From Escherichia phage vB_EcoM_FB: a stretch of DNA of 64,000 bases. Shown piece by piece: positions 55,823 to 64,000 of this stretch. Positions within the stretch are counted from its first letter, which is position 1, and each line of letters begins with the position of its first letter. Below the pieces are notes generated by a model. It did not search any database. It saw nothing but the letters and a program-made list of their open reading frames with translations, and had not been told where the DNA came from. The translations under genes were made by a program, and so were the position numbers. The DNA lies in the sequence record MT682711.1; one strand, 5' to 3'.

Positions 55823-56261
55823 AATCTACCACCACTAAATTAATATCAGGAGTAAACAAATTAATCAATTGATAAACCTTGTCCCAATCACCACCGGCAA
55901 TACCACAACCGATGCGAGGAATATAAATTCTGGGTTTAAACAAAAGACCCTTTGCGGTACGGTTTAATTCTATCATACAGTTTACTAAAGCACCATAATC
56001 AAGATTAGGGCCTGGTTCGTATTGGGTGTATAAATTATAGCAAATTTGGCCCTTATTACCTGTGGCTTGAGTAAACGTGCCAAGTTTTTCCAAATTGCCT
56101 AAATAAGTGGTTTTATCAATAGCAAGAATAGGTGGATATGCCTTAGCCAATTGACCTGCTACACCTGAACCCATAGTATGAAAACAGTTACACCCATGAG
56201 CAACGTTATTACCCTGAAGAAACAGGGCGACGATATCGCCCTTAATATAATCAATAATCAT
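55794..56261 (-). CDS. possible macro-domain (ADP-ribose binding/hydrolase) protein
   Basis: 155 aa; Gly-rich GCNCFHTMGSGVAGQL and IGCGIAGGDW segments; assignment tentative. Confidence 0.35.
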   Translation of the reverse strand: MIIDYIKGDIVALFLQGNNVAHGCNCFHTMGSGVAGQLAKAYPPILAIDKTTYLGNLEKLGTFTQATGNKGQICYNLYTQYEPGPNLDYGALVNCMIELNRTAKGLLFKPRIYIPRIGCGIAGGDWDKVYQLINLFTPDINLVVVDYESPLPASV

Positions 56262-56614
56262 TTAGAGTTTAGCCCTCGGTTGTAAGAGTCAACGAGTCTG
56301 TCTACCATAGACGCGCATATTTCTTTGTACTTTTTATCAGACGGAACACATTCAGTAACGTTTAGACGTTGCTCGTATCTTTTAGAAAGGGTTTTCTCTT
56401 TCATTCGACGATGCTCGACGTCATTCTGTCCATCTTTAAAAGCAGCCGTTATTTTTGAACTGAATTCAATAACACATTCAGTATTACTTGGATGACAATA
56501 ATCTTTTGCTGTACGGGTAGCATACTCGACAATTGAATTATTGGTATCATCAACCTGTGACGCTAATACTCCCGGAGCAATCAACATAAGCGCTATAGTC
56601 ATCTGTTTAATCAT
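56258..56614 (-). CDS. secreted protein
   Basis: 118 aa with signal peptide. Confidence 0.5.
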   Translation of the reverse strand: MIKQMTIALMLIAPGVLASQVDDTNNSIVEYATRTAKDYCHPSNTECVIEFSSKITAAFKDGQNDVEHRRMKEKTLSKRYEQRLNVTECVPSDKKYKEICASMVDRLVDSYNRGLNSK

Positions 56615-57178
56615 TTAATATACCGCCTCAAACATCTTTTTAGATTTTAGGTAATTGGCCTTTTCTAGAACTTCCGAAGCATATTTACTACCTGCTTTGA
56701 AATTCCAGCCCGCATTATAAGAAGCAATCGCTTTTCTCAGGTCACCTTTGTGAACATTAATCCAATAAGACAGCTCAATGTAGGCCCAAGAGGCACTGTA
56801 CTGTCGGTTTTGGACCATACGAATTATTTCTTTATCTGACATCTTCCAACCTACCTGTTTAACACGACTTCTTAACGTAGGCAAGTAATTTTGGAACATG
56901 CCATAAGCATGGTGCTTATCTTTATTTAAACCTTGATTAATCCCAGCAGATGATTCCTGCCATAATAATCCAGCCATTATATATCCTAATCCTTTTTGAT
57001 TAGGGGTTTCTTTGAACTTTCCCGACTTTTGGTATTGTTCACCGAAAGCATACGCATAATGTAAATTATCTAGCTGGGTTTCTGTAAATACGGGTTCTGC
57101 TGCACTTACAGAAAACGAACCGCACATAATAGCCGCTATTAAAGAATATTTAAGTTTTTTTAGAAAAATCATAATCAA
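56615..57178 (-). CDS. secreted lytic transglycosylase-like protein
   Basis: 187 aa; signal peptide; LWQESS and AYGMFQ...YNAG SLT-type motifs. Confidence 0.5.
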   Translation of the reverse strand: MIMIFLKKLKYSLIAAIMCGSFSVSAAEPVFTETQLDNLHYAYAFGEQYQKSGKFKETPNQKGLGYIMAGLLWQESSAGINQGLNKDKHHAYGMFQNYLPTLRSRVKQVGWKMSDKEIIRMVQNRQYSASWAYIELSYWINVHKGDLRKAIASYNAGWNFKAGSKYASEVLEKANYLKSKKMFEAVY

Positions 57179-57884
57179 TAAGTCCTCGGTAATCTACATT
57201 AGGGAAGCCATTCTTAATTGCGATTTTACTAAATCTTCCACACTTTGGTTTATTATTATCTACCCATAATTTATATAATTGTGAATACATTGGTTCACGC
57301 CATATAGGAGCCTTTCGCAAAGAGGCCTTTTTCCTTTCTATAGTTTCCTTAGAATTTTGTATGGCTTTAAATTTTTGTCTATTTTCAGGATTTTCAAAAT
57401 ACTTAACCCGTTTTTCAGACATTTTAGCTTTTACTTTTGGCGAATTTAAAATTTCTTTGAGCCGTTCTTTAGAGCCTTCCTTTTCAAAATATTTTATTAA
57501 AGCCTTTGAATGGGCCGCCCTATTTTCATTTTTAGAGAAGAATAAAATTTTATTAATAGATTGCAGTTTTGAAAATGATTCTTTAGCCAACTTATAATTT
57601 TCAGCATCTACAAAATAAGACCTTTGCTTTGAATTTGAAGTAGAGCTCATATTTAGCCAAGCAAAATTCAACCCGTAGTGGTTTGGATTAGCTTTGGCTA
57701 AATACATATGGGCTAAATAGTGTTCGTCAGCATAAAGCTCGACTAAATTGTCTTGGGTGTCAGGACCACCAACACAACTCGGTATTATATGGTGCTTTTC
57801 TGTATAGGCATCATTAGGTGTATCCCTAGATAAGGCAGCATTTATTATTTTATAGTAGTCATATGGATATTTTATAGTTTCCAT
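57150..57884 (-). mobile_element. free-standing HNH homing endonuclease gene
   Basis: 244 aa; EKHHIIPSCVGG...NLV.L...EHYLAH closely matches the plus-strand HNH gene at 33262; basic C-terminal region. Confidence 0.65.
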
Positions 57885-57891
57885 ACTATCC

Positions 57892-58350
57892 TCACAAGTA
57901 AATAACTTTCGTGCTGGTTTTACCTTCTAAACGTTTAGAGTTAACAAATGCCATACGACATTTAAGGGAATATCCTTTATCAGGATGTTTACGGTCTACT
58001 GTCATACCTAGCCATAAGGTTTTATCGGTAATTTCGAGACGCAATGGACGATACACTTTACCAGGGACAATTTCGGATTCTACATCAGGTAGAGGTTCCT
58101 GGATTAAAAATTCATGAATTTCTTTAACATGGTTATGGAGTTGCTTGAATAAAGCAAAAACGTATTTTTCGTCGATTTCACGTTGGATAGCACGGTCCAA
58201 CAAGTGATTAGAGTACTTAATAAAGAAGGCTGGGACTCCGCTCTTGATGGCGGCTTTTTTGATGGACGTATTCAGTTCACGGAATTCGGTTTCGAACTGA
58301 CGACGTAATTTATTGCGGCGGATGAATACTTCTGAATTAATTTCTGACAT
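57892..58350 (-). CDS. regB: RegB site-specific endoribonuclease
   Basis: 152 aa; EVFIRRNKLRR...HLLDRAIQREIDE...LEITD resembles T4 RegB as recalled. Confidence 0.85.
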   Translation of the reverse strand: MSEINSEVFIRRNKLRRQFETEFRELNTSIKKAAIKSGVPAFFIKYSNHLLDRAIQREIDEKYVFALFKQLHNHVKEIHEFLIQEPLPDVESEIVPGKVYRPLRLEITDKTLWLGMTVDRKHPDKGYSLKCRMAFVNSKRLEGKTSTKVIYL

Positions 58351-58365
58351 TTTGTAATCTCCTGT

Positions 58366-58407
58366 AGTTGATAGGTCTATAGTACCACGTCTACAGGAGA
58401 TGTAAAC
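58366..58407 (-). promoter_or_regulatory. early promoter (GTTTAC, TACTAT) with perfect 10-nt anti-SD in spacer
   Basis: gtaaac 58402-58407; ctacaggaga (58391-58400) is the reverse complement of tctcctgtag (58358-58367). Confidence 0.6.
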
Positions 58408-58411
58408 TGCT

Positions 58412-58663
58412 TTATTCTTGGAATGGGGTAAGTTTTCCAGCAGCTGAACAAATTTCTACCAGTACAGGGTAAAACTCTTTCACTTGTTCAAGGCGTTGGG
58501 CTGCATACTGTACTTCACCTTCTTCGAGACAAGCCATTTGGTCGTCAAGCAAGTATTTGTGGTAGCCAGTACAGGCTTCACCGATAATACGCTGGAAATC
58601 TTGTAAACTTTCAATTTTCATCAGTATTTTTCCTCGGGTTGGAAAACGGAACGACACGCCCAC
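58412..58663 (-). CDS. hypothetical protein
   Basis: 83 aa ORF. Confidence 0.5.
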   Translation of the reverse strand: MGVSFRFPTRGKILMKIESLQDFQRIIGEACTGYHKYLLDDQMACLEEGEVQYAAQRLEQVKEFYPVLVEICSAAGKLTPFQE

Positions 58664-58899
58664 ATGCTTGCTTCTTTCAGACGGTCAATTGCATTACGAA
58701 TCTGGGTGATGCGTTCATGAGCCTGGTCTAGTTCTTGTTCATAAACCTCTTCGGTATCTAAGTTCATATAATGAGTAACATGTTCTTCTTCCAGAGCTTT
58801 AAACATTAACCCAAGACGAACTTCAGCATCTTTGATAGCTTTTACTTTACCGATTTTATCGTCGGTATGCGGCTTATAACCCTTGATATCTTCAATCAT
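58621..58899 (-). CDS. hypothetical protein
   Basis: 92 aa ORF. Confidence 0.5.
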   Translation of the reverse strand: MIEDIKGYKPHTDDKIGKVKAIKDAEVRLGLMFKALEEEHVTHYMNLDTEEVYEQELDQAHERITQIRNAIDRLKEASMWACRSVFQPEEKY

Positions 58900-59114
58900 T
58901 TCACTTCCTCGCCAGTTGCGATATCATATTCTACCAAACGAAGGCCTTCAGTCCAACCTTGCACGGAGATATAGGTAGTCGGGTAAATCATTTCTTTACC
59001 ATTCCACCGACCGCCATCCCAGACTTCCAGAAAGTCTTGTTCACCTGGTCCATTAAGCCATTCAACAAATCTTTTCAGAGCTTCTTCAGAACCTTCAATT
59101 GTCAATTTAGACAT
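58896..59114 (-). CDS. hypothetical protein
   Basis: 72 aa ORF. Confidence 0.5.
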   Translation of the reverse strand: MSKLTIEGSEEALKRFVEWLNGPGEQDFLEVWDGGRWNGKEMIYPTTYISVQGWTEGLRLVEYDIATGEEVK

Positions 59115-59403
59115 ATTTTTTCCAATCAGAAATCATATGAATCTCTTGGTCATAAGTCAAGAGACTACGAGCAATAATACCCTTACAAGGCCCTGAGATG
59201 AACTCGAGAGTGAAGTAAGGAACCTGTTTCATTAATCGGATACTAGGAGCATGACATCTAAAACGAGAGCCCTTAAAGGGCCCTGTCATGAATACATATT
59301 CCAATGGGTAGAAATAAGCATATTCGAAATTTGCAGTAAGGTCCTCTCTTCGAACCTTACGTGAGAAATAACAGAACTCAAAAAGTTCTTCATCAGTCAT
59401 CAT
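59107..59403 (-). CDS. hypothetical protein
   Basis: Track ORF trimmed to ATG at 59403, ATGA overlap with upstream stop. Confidence 0.45.
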   Translation of the reverse strand: MMTDEELFEFCYFSRKVRREDLTANFEYAYFYPLEYVFMTGPFKGSRFRCHAPSIRLMKQVPYFTLEFISGPCKGIIARSLLTYDQEIHMISDWKKYV

Positions 59404-59927
59404 TGCATTCCTATCACAAAGAACAGAGGCAAAGGCTTGTCGCCTTGGCACATAAATTTATTAATCATTACCTGGTAAGCTTCATAGAACTTATCCATCG
59501 CTGGAAGGCGCATTGGCTCTTCGATAATAATCAATAATCGAGTAACAGATAGTCCACGATACTTATGGAAATTGTCTTCATCAAGGAAACTGCGCACAGT
59601 ATCATAGACAACAAAACCAGGACCTTCGACTTGGAGATGTGGGTGTGCCTTAGAAACCTGTTTTATTACATTACAAATTTCTCGCGAGCGATGCGAAGAA
59701 CTCGACATAACAATCACATCATTACCCTTGGAAACCCAATCAGCGGCGAACTGGGCAAGGGCACTTGTTTTACCTGTTTGGCGTCCGCCATCAAGTCGAA
59801 GAGTACCAAACTCTTGCATTCTTGAAGCAGGTTCATACCATGTGTATTGGTCTGAGTCTAAACGTTCAATGGCGCGTTCAGCGAAGGCGTGCATTAAGGT
59901 TAGATAAATGGGAGTTAAAAATTTCAT
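59400..59927 (-). CDS. P-loop NTPase-like protein
   Basis: 175 aa; GGRQTGKTS Walker A-like, LLIIIEEP Walker B-like. Confidence 0.5.
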   Translation of the reverse strand: MKFLTPIYLTLMHAFAERAIERLDSDQYTWYEPASRMQEFGTLRLDGGRQTGKTSALAQFAADWVSKGNDVIVMSSSSHRSREICNVIKQVSKAHPHLQVEGPGFVVYDTVRSFLDEDNFHKYRGLSVTRLLIIIEEPMRLPAMDKFYEAYQVMINKFMCQGDKPLPLFFVIGMQ

Positions 59928-60087
59928 AGTAGTCTCTTAGTGGTGGGGCCATTCCTTGGCACATAATTCGTCCATGTATCCGTATGTAAACCCTTTACCG
60001 CACTTGGGCTCGACCTTATTACAGGTAGGGAAAGGTCCATCACTCAGAGGACGCGACGTTCATGAGGAGAGGGCCGGCTTGCCTTTA

Positions 60088-60387
60088 TTAGAAAGAACCA
60101 GAACCTCTAATTGTGTTCTGGCGACCTTTATTTTCTAATTCGGAGTGGTCGATTTCATATGCTTGTGCTACGCCAAAGGCCTTTTTAACTTTAGCTAAAG
60201 AACCTTTAGATGTAACAATATTAAAAGTATTACCTTTGGTAAAATCAACAAAATCGACTTGTACGCCCTGTTTACCGAGGCTTGCTACAATAGCATCAAC
60301 ATATTCTTGGTCTAAATTGCCTTGAACTCCAATTTGAAATGCTTTAGGAGCTTTGGCTTCTGTGATAAATTCTTGATAAGTTTTCAT
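60088..60387 (-). CDS. internal protein (IPII-like) with capsid targeting sequence
   Basis: 99 aa; N-terminal MKTYQEFITE|A resembles the T4 internal-protein capsid targeting sequence as recalled. Confidence 0.65.
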   Translation of the reverse strand: MKTYQEFITEAKAPKAFQIGVQGNLDQEYVDAIVASLGKQGVQVDFVDFTKGNTFNIVTSKGSLAKVKKAFGVAQAYEIDHSELENKGRQNTIRGSGSF

Positions 60388-60430
60388 TGTTATTCCTTAA
60401 GTTGATAGAAGTATTCTATCACGGATTTAA

Positions 60431-60847
60431 TTAAGCGTAAATAGCCTTGCCATAATGTTTGTACCAGGTAGGACGCTGTGCAATTTTTTCATCCAAACGG
60501 GTCTGAGATATAGCAATAGAAGCTTCGTGTGGAGTATAGTCACCACGGAATTCCTGAGGAATGTCACTAATGTCCTGGACAGTAGTATCCTTGATATTAA
60601 AACCACGTTTTAAACATTCGGCTATAAGCTCAATTTGTCGCTTACGTAAAAATTCAAGCTTATCGTAAAAGAATGTAACATGGCCTGTGCCAAGGATAAA
60701 AGTAGGACTGATTTTGAAATCACGGACACGTTTACCATTAGCAACATGCTTACGAACTGCACCGAAAACACGTGGTAATTCACGATATTCAGCCATTAAG
60801 TGTTGGTCAGCCAATTCAGATACTAAGGTAAGGTTGATACGAGTCAT
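60431..60847 (-). CDS. denV: endonuclease V (pyrimidine dimer DNA glycosylase)
   Basis: 138 aa; [29 protein letters not shown] resembles T4 DenV as recalled. Confidence 0.85.
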   Translation of the reverse strand: MTRINLTLVSELADQHLMAEYRELPRVFGAVRKHVANGKRVRDFKISPTFILGTGHVTFFYDKLEFLRKRQIELIAECLKRGFNIKDTTVQDISDIPQEFRGDYTPHEASIAISQTRLDEKIAQRPTWYKHYGKAIYA

Positions 60848-60865
60848 TTTTAATCTCCTGTAGTT

Positions 60866-60903
60866 GATAGGTCTATAGTATCATGACTACAGGAGATGTA
60901 AAC
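60866..60903 (-). promoter_or_regulatory. early promoter (GTTTAC, TACTAT) with perfect 10-nt anti-SD in spacer
   Basis: gtaaac 60898-60903; atagta 60875-60880; ctacaggaga (60887-60896) vs tctcctgtag (60854-60863). Confidence 0.6.
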
Positions 60904-60927
60904 AACTTTTATCAAGTATAGGCTTTA

Positions 60928-61524
60928 TTAATTACCACGGGCTGCATTAGCAACGGCGTAAGCGTACTGAATATTAGCGTCTTTAAACGTACCTTTAGAG
61001 GTATCTATCTCTGCCTTAAAGCCGCCTTTAACCATAACATCAGCAAATTCTTTACGGAAAGTCATTGCATCAAGACCTTTCCATGCGGATTTATGCTTGG
61101 CAAATTCAAGACCGGCGAAGTTAACTGCTTTAGCCAATTTATTATCAATAGTCCATTTACCTGCTTTAGGTACAAACACCGGGCCTTTCTGTTTAGAGAA
61201 CAGTTTTAAATTCCAGCGACGAAGGTCACCGTCAGCTTTAACAAAAGCTGCGTCCAAGTTACTAGCAACAACATCTTGGATATGGGCAAATTTAAGTCCA
61301 TCAGCTTCAATATTTAGGTCGTTACGCCAGCGAAGTCCTTCCCAGGCGAAAGCTTTAAAGTCGGAAGCTTTTGTAGCCAAGTACCGTTCAATAGGAGCTG
61401 TTTTAGCGTCAAAACCGTTTCCTGGGTTGTCAACGCCGTTTCCTTTGTAAGTCCACTCATCTTTATTAATGCCTTGGACCTTTCCTACAGAAGCTTCGGC
61501 GATAAATTCTTTATACGTTTTCAT
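60928..61524 (-). CDS. internal protein (IPIII-like) with capsid targeting sequence
   Basis: 198 aa; MKTYKEFIAE|A N-terminus. Confidence 0.65.
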   Translation of the reverse strand: MKTYKEFIAEASVGKVQGINKDEWTYKGNGVDNPGNGFDAKTAPIERYLATKASDFKAFAWEGLRWRNDLNIEADGLKFAHIQDVVASNLDAAFVKADGDLRRWNLKLFSKQKGPVFVPKAGKWTIDNKLAKAVNFAGLEFAKHKSAWKGLDAMTFRKEFADVMVKGGFKAEIDTSKGTFKDANIQYAYAVANAARGN

Positions 61525-61573
61525 ACGGGTTCCTTAAAGGTAAATATTTTAATTGGTCTGTTCAAGTAACTGT

Positions 61574-61606
61574 AGATATACTATCACAATTCTAGGAGAT
61601 GTAAAC
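61574..61606 (-). promoter_or_regulatory. early promoter (GTTTAC, TAGTAT)
   Basis: gtaaac 61601-61606; atacta 61578-61583. Confidence 0.5.
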
Positions 61607-62005
61607 TTATTTATGGGTCTTCATCCAATTCTTGAACAAAGCCGCGACGTCTTTCTCTTTAACGTTCAGTTTAATGTCCAACATTTTACCACCCGCTGCT
61701 CTGGTTTGGCGAATCTTAGCAGTACCGGTTTCGCCATTCCACTCAACATAATACTGTCCAGTGTTCATTGCAATACCATCACCGTAGTCTTCATTTTTAG
61801 AAGTGGTGAATGCTAGCTTCATAGTCTTAGATACACGAGCCTGCATGCCTGTCTGAAGGGCATTACGAACGCGAATAACCTGAGGAGTGGCCTGGGTCAA
61901 GTTCTCATTCAGTTCTTCAGTGAACTCTTCAGATTCAAACATCGCCAAAAGTTCTTTAGATGCAGGAATTACATTCTCTGCGATAAATTCATTATAAGTT
62001 TTCAT
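61607..62005 (-). CDS. internal protein with capsid targeting sequence
   Basis: 132 aa; [10 protein letters not shown]|N N-terminus; butt-joined to lysozyme gene. Confidence 0.6.
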   Translation of the reverse strand: MKTYNEFIAENVIPASKELLAMFESEEFTEELNENLTQATPQVIRVRNALQTGMQARVSKTMKLAFTTSKNEDYGDGIAMNTGQYYVEWNGETGTAKIRQTRAAGGKMLDIKLNVKEKDVAALFKNWMKTHK

Positions 62006-62486
62006 ATGCTTTCCAAGTACCTGTTTTAAATGTTGAAATCACGCGCTTAGCACGATTAGGAGTTTGTTTATACCAACGGGATTGAGCCAGGTTAACTGCC
62101 GCATCGTTCCAACGTTTCTGTTGGAGCATACGTAAAGAGTTAGTGAACCCTGCTACGCCTGCTTCACCCATTTGGAAGACCATGTTAATTAAAGCACAAC
62201 GACGAACTTCGTCCAGTACATCATAAACAGGTTTCAATTTAGGATTACGCAGAATAGCTCTACGAGCATTTTCAACCGATCGATTAAAGAGTTGCTCGGC
62301 TTCAGCCATAGTAATACGACCATTACAAACTCGACCCATAAGCTTATCAAGTTCAGCGCGAGCAACGTCTTTAGATGGGTTCTTGGTAATCAACTGACCA
62401 ATGCCAATAGTCCAATAACCTTCGGTGTCTTTATAAAGATTTAAATCAAGACCTTCGTCTTGACGTAACATATCAAAAATATCCAT
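61992..62486 (-). CDS. e: lysozyme (endolysin e)
   Basis: 164 aa; catalytic E and D in [25 protein letters not shown]; similar along its length to T4 lysozyme as recalled. Confidence 0.95.
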   Translation of the reverse strand: MDIFDMLRQDEGLDLNLYKDTEGYWTIGIGQLITKNPSKDVARAELDKLMGRVCNGRITMAEAEQLFNRSVENARRAILRNPKLKPVYDVLDEVRRCALINMVFQMGEAGVAGFTNSLRMLQQKRWNDAAVNLAQSRWYKQTPNRAKRVISTFKTGTWKAYENL

Positions 62487-62507
62487 AATACCTCCGAGTA
62501 TAGGAGG

Positions 62508-62515
62508 TATTTATA
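62508..62515 (-). promoter_or_regulatory. late promoter TATAAATA followed by anti-SD hairpin
   Basis: rc of tatttata at 62508-62515; tacctcc (62489-62495) / ggaggta (62503-62509) inverted repeat covers the SD. Confidence 0.65.
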
Positions 62516-62965
62516 TCAAAAGAGCGAACTCAAAACTTTATACATCGACGGGCCCATGACATATTCCCATTGCGGACGTTTAATCAAAGCGAACGCATCG
62601 AATTCAGGAATCGTACGGCCGTCAGGGAACGTATGGTAAGCTGTACATTTGCAATCCTTGAACTGCTCGTGTTCCACAGGCACTGTATATAAGAACAGAT
62701 GTAGATTCTTATTGCTTGAATATTTGAACTCACCTAGGTCTTTCAGGAATGCAGGATCGTATGCTGTGAATCCAATCTCTTCTTCGGTTTCGCGCATTGC
62801 CGCTTGAATAGGCTCTTCGCCTGGTTCGACATGACCTTTAGGAATGTCCCATTTATGACGCATGTTCTCTGGATTACGAGAGCCTGTTACACGACCCATG
62901 ACCAGTTCTTTATCAACGGTCATGAACAAAATACCTGCCGATAATTCCTTAGCTTTCTTACCCAT
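62516..62965 (-). CDS. nudE: Nudix hydrolase
   Basis: Nudix box GHVEPGEEPIQAAMRETEEEIGF; start set to ATG at 62965 (MGKKAKE), 149 aa versus 151 in T4 NudE. Confidence 0.8.
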   Translation of the reverse strand: MGKKAKELSAGILFMTVDKELVMGRVTGSRNPENMRHKWDIPKGHVEPGEEPIQAAMRETEEEIGFTAYDPAFLKDLGEFKYSSNKNLHLFLYTVPVEHEQFKDCKCTAYHTFPDGRTIPEFDAFALIKRPQWEYVMGPSMYKVLSSLF

Positions 62966-63194
62966 CGTCTCGTTCCCATGATTGTTTAAAAATATCTTGC
63001 ATAATAATTTGAAGTCTATTTTCTGATGATGGACTTTCACTATCAGACACTTGAAGCATATAGTCACCAATAGGACAGAACATATCCATATCGCTTTCTA
63101 AGTCTTCTTTAATTTTCTCTTCTGATGTTCCAGTATCATAGGAATACAGATAAGAATCACATGACTCAGATTTAATATAAATTGCAATGCTCAT
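62958..63194 (-). CDS. hypothetical acidic protein
   Basis: 78 aa ORF. Confidence 0.5.
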   Translation of the reverse strand: MSIAIYIKSESCDSYLYSYDTGTSEEKIKEDLESDMDMFCPIGDYMLQVSDSESPSSENRLQIIMQDIFKQSWERDDG

Positions 63195-63778
63195 TTACGG
63201 CATTCCTTAATAAAAGAGTTTAATGTATTTTTCTTAGTGATATCGTCATATACCTTTTTAACTTTAGAAATACGAAAAGGTACTTCGATAACAGAGGTCC
63301 ATAAAAATGATGCGATAAGACCTAAGATAGCAGCAGACATCGCTGAAGCGAATACACAAATAGGCAGGTCATTATCTGTTGGCAGGAAAAACCCTAGGAG
63401 TGGGAAAAATAATATACCCATCCAAACATAGAATCTAGAACTCACCAATTTGTCGTATTCATCACTCCAGGCACGGAAGCCGTATTTTTTGCTATAACAA
63501 ATCAATGGGTCTGGAGTCTGTTCTTTATGTGGTTCCGCTTGCCAGCCGTTTACGATGTAGCCCATTTTATATTCCTCAATTAAAAGCTGTTTCATTTCGG
63601 CAGTACAACCTGACCAATCTATTGTACTGGCTGAAAGACCTTCATCACCATCATCAAGATTTCGCCAGGACTTTTTAATAACCATATTTTCACCGCTTGG
63701 TACAATGATTCCGGCGTTTTCAGAACGACGGATGAAGTTTACATCGAGGCCCATACATCCGGGTTCATAAAGGGCCAT
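63191..63778 (-). CDS. membrane protein
   Basis: 195 aa with C-terminal hydrophobic segments. Confidence 0.55.
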   Translation of the reverse strand: MALYEPGCMGLDVNFIRRSENAGIIVPSGENMVIKKSWRNLDDGDEGLSASTIDWSGCTAEMKQLLIEEYKMGYIVNGWQAEPHKEQTPDPLICYSKKYGFRAWSDEYDKLVSSRFYVWMGILFFPLLGFFLPTDNDLPICVFASAMSAAILGLIASFLWTSVIEVPFRISKVKKVYDDITKKNTLNSFIKECRK

Positions 63779-63999
63779 TACCAGCCCTCCATAGGGAATT
63801 CAAGATAAACCTGAGCATTAACACGAATTTCATTGGTAATATTTTTAACACGGTCAGTGTTACGAGATACACGACCAAACCATCGCCATCCATTACTTAC
63901 CGTACGAGAACCAGTATGCCAGGTTTGCCAATCAAACTGCAAGAGCGTACGGTCCGGGGCTTCCCACTGCTTCAATTCACCTGATTCAATTTTAGCCAA
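63778..63999 (-). CDS. hypothetical protein, 5' end beyond the window
   Basis: ORF continues past the window edge. Confidence 0.4.
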   Translation of the reverse strand: MAKIESGELKQWEAPDRTLLQFDWQTWHTGSRTVSNGWRWFGRVSRNTDRVKNITNEIRVNAQVYLEFPMEGW

Positions 64000-64000
64000 G

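Noticed and set aside
6036-61606. Repeated ~45-nt element as a CRISPR array or transposon ends
   Set aside because: Copies are kilobases apart, each lies directly upstream of a gene with -35/-10 geometry, and there are no regular short spacers or cas genes. They are promoters.
1-64000. tRNA or other structured RNA genes
   Set aside because: By T4 synteny the tRNA cluster lies beyond the lysozyme/nudE end of the window. The intergenic gaps are short and filled by promoters and terminators, and I saw no cloverleaf-like sequence. Not excluded without a tRNAscan-type search.
1-64000. Prophage or integrative element features (integrase, attachment sites)
   Set aside because: No tyrosine or serine recombinase motifs seen; gene content and order are those of a lytic T4-like genome.

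Overview
This window reads as the left ~64 kb of a T4-like (Tevenvirinae-type) myovirus genome, colinear with the T4 map. Almost every gene is on the minus strand and tightly packed with many ATGA/TGATG start-stop overlaps. Recognisable T4 homologues, in window order: rIIA (disrupted), gp39 topoisomerase subunit (fused 39+60 form), DexA, Dda, two ModA/ModB-like ADP-ribosyltransferases, Soc, gp56 dCTPase, gp61 primase, Spackle, Dmd, gp41 helicase, UvsX, gp42 dCMP hydroxymethylase, Imm, gp43 DNA polymerase, RegA, gp62, gp44, gp45, gp46, gp47, gp55 late sigma factor, NrdC, thymidine kinase, RegB, DenV, three internal proteins, lysozyme e and NudE. All identifications come from reading the translated ORFs against remembered T4 protein features and gene order; no database search was run. 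Regulatory signals are a repeated early promoter cassette on the minus strand (GTTTAC -35, TACTAT/TATAAT-like -10, conserved AGACCTATCAAC leader), UUCG-tetraloop intrinsic terminators, and a few late TATAAATA promoters (soc, e, the plus-strand HNH gene). The main non-T4 content is a putative NDP-sugar synthesis module between gene 42 and imm, with no alpha-gt between 47 and 55 and a non-T4-like ORF at the beta-gt position, suggesting a different hydroxymethylcytosine hypermodification. Other points of interest are promoter-embedded anti-Shine-Dalgarno inverted repeats, four free-standing homing endonucleases (two HNH, two GIY-YIG), an AAA ATPase / nucleotidyltransferase pair, a TraR/DksA-like zinc finger protein and a possible macro-domain protein. 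No tRNA, rRNA, CRISPR array or integrase was seen.
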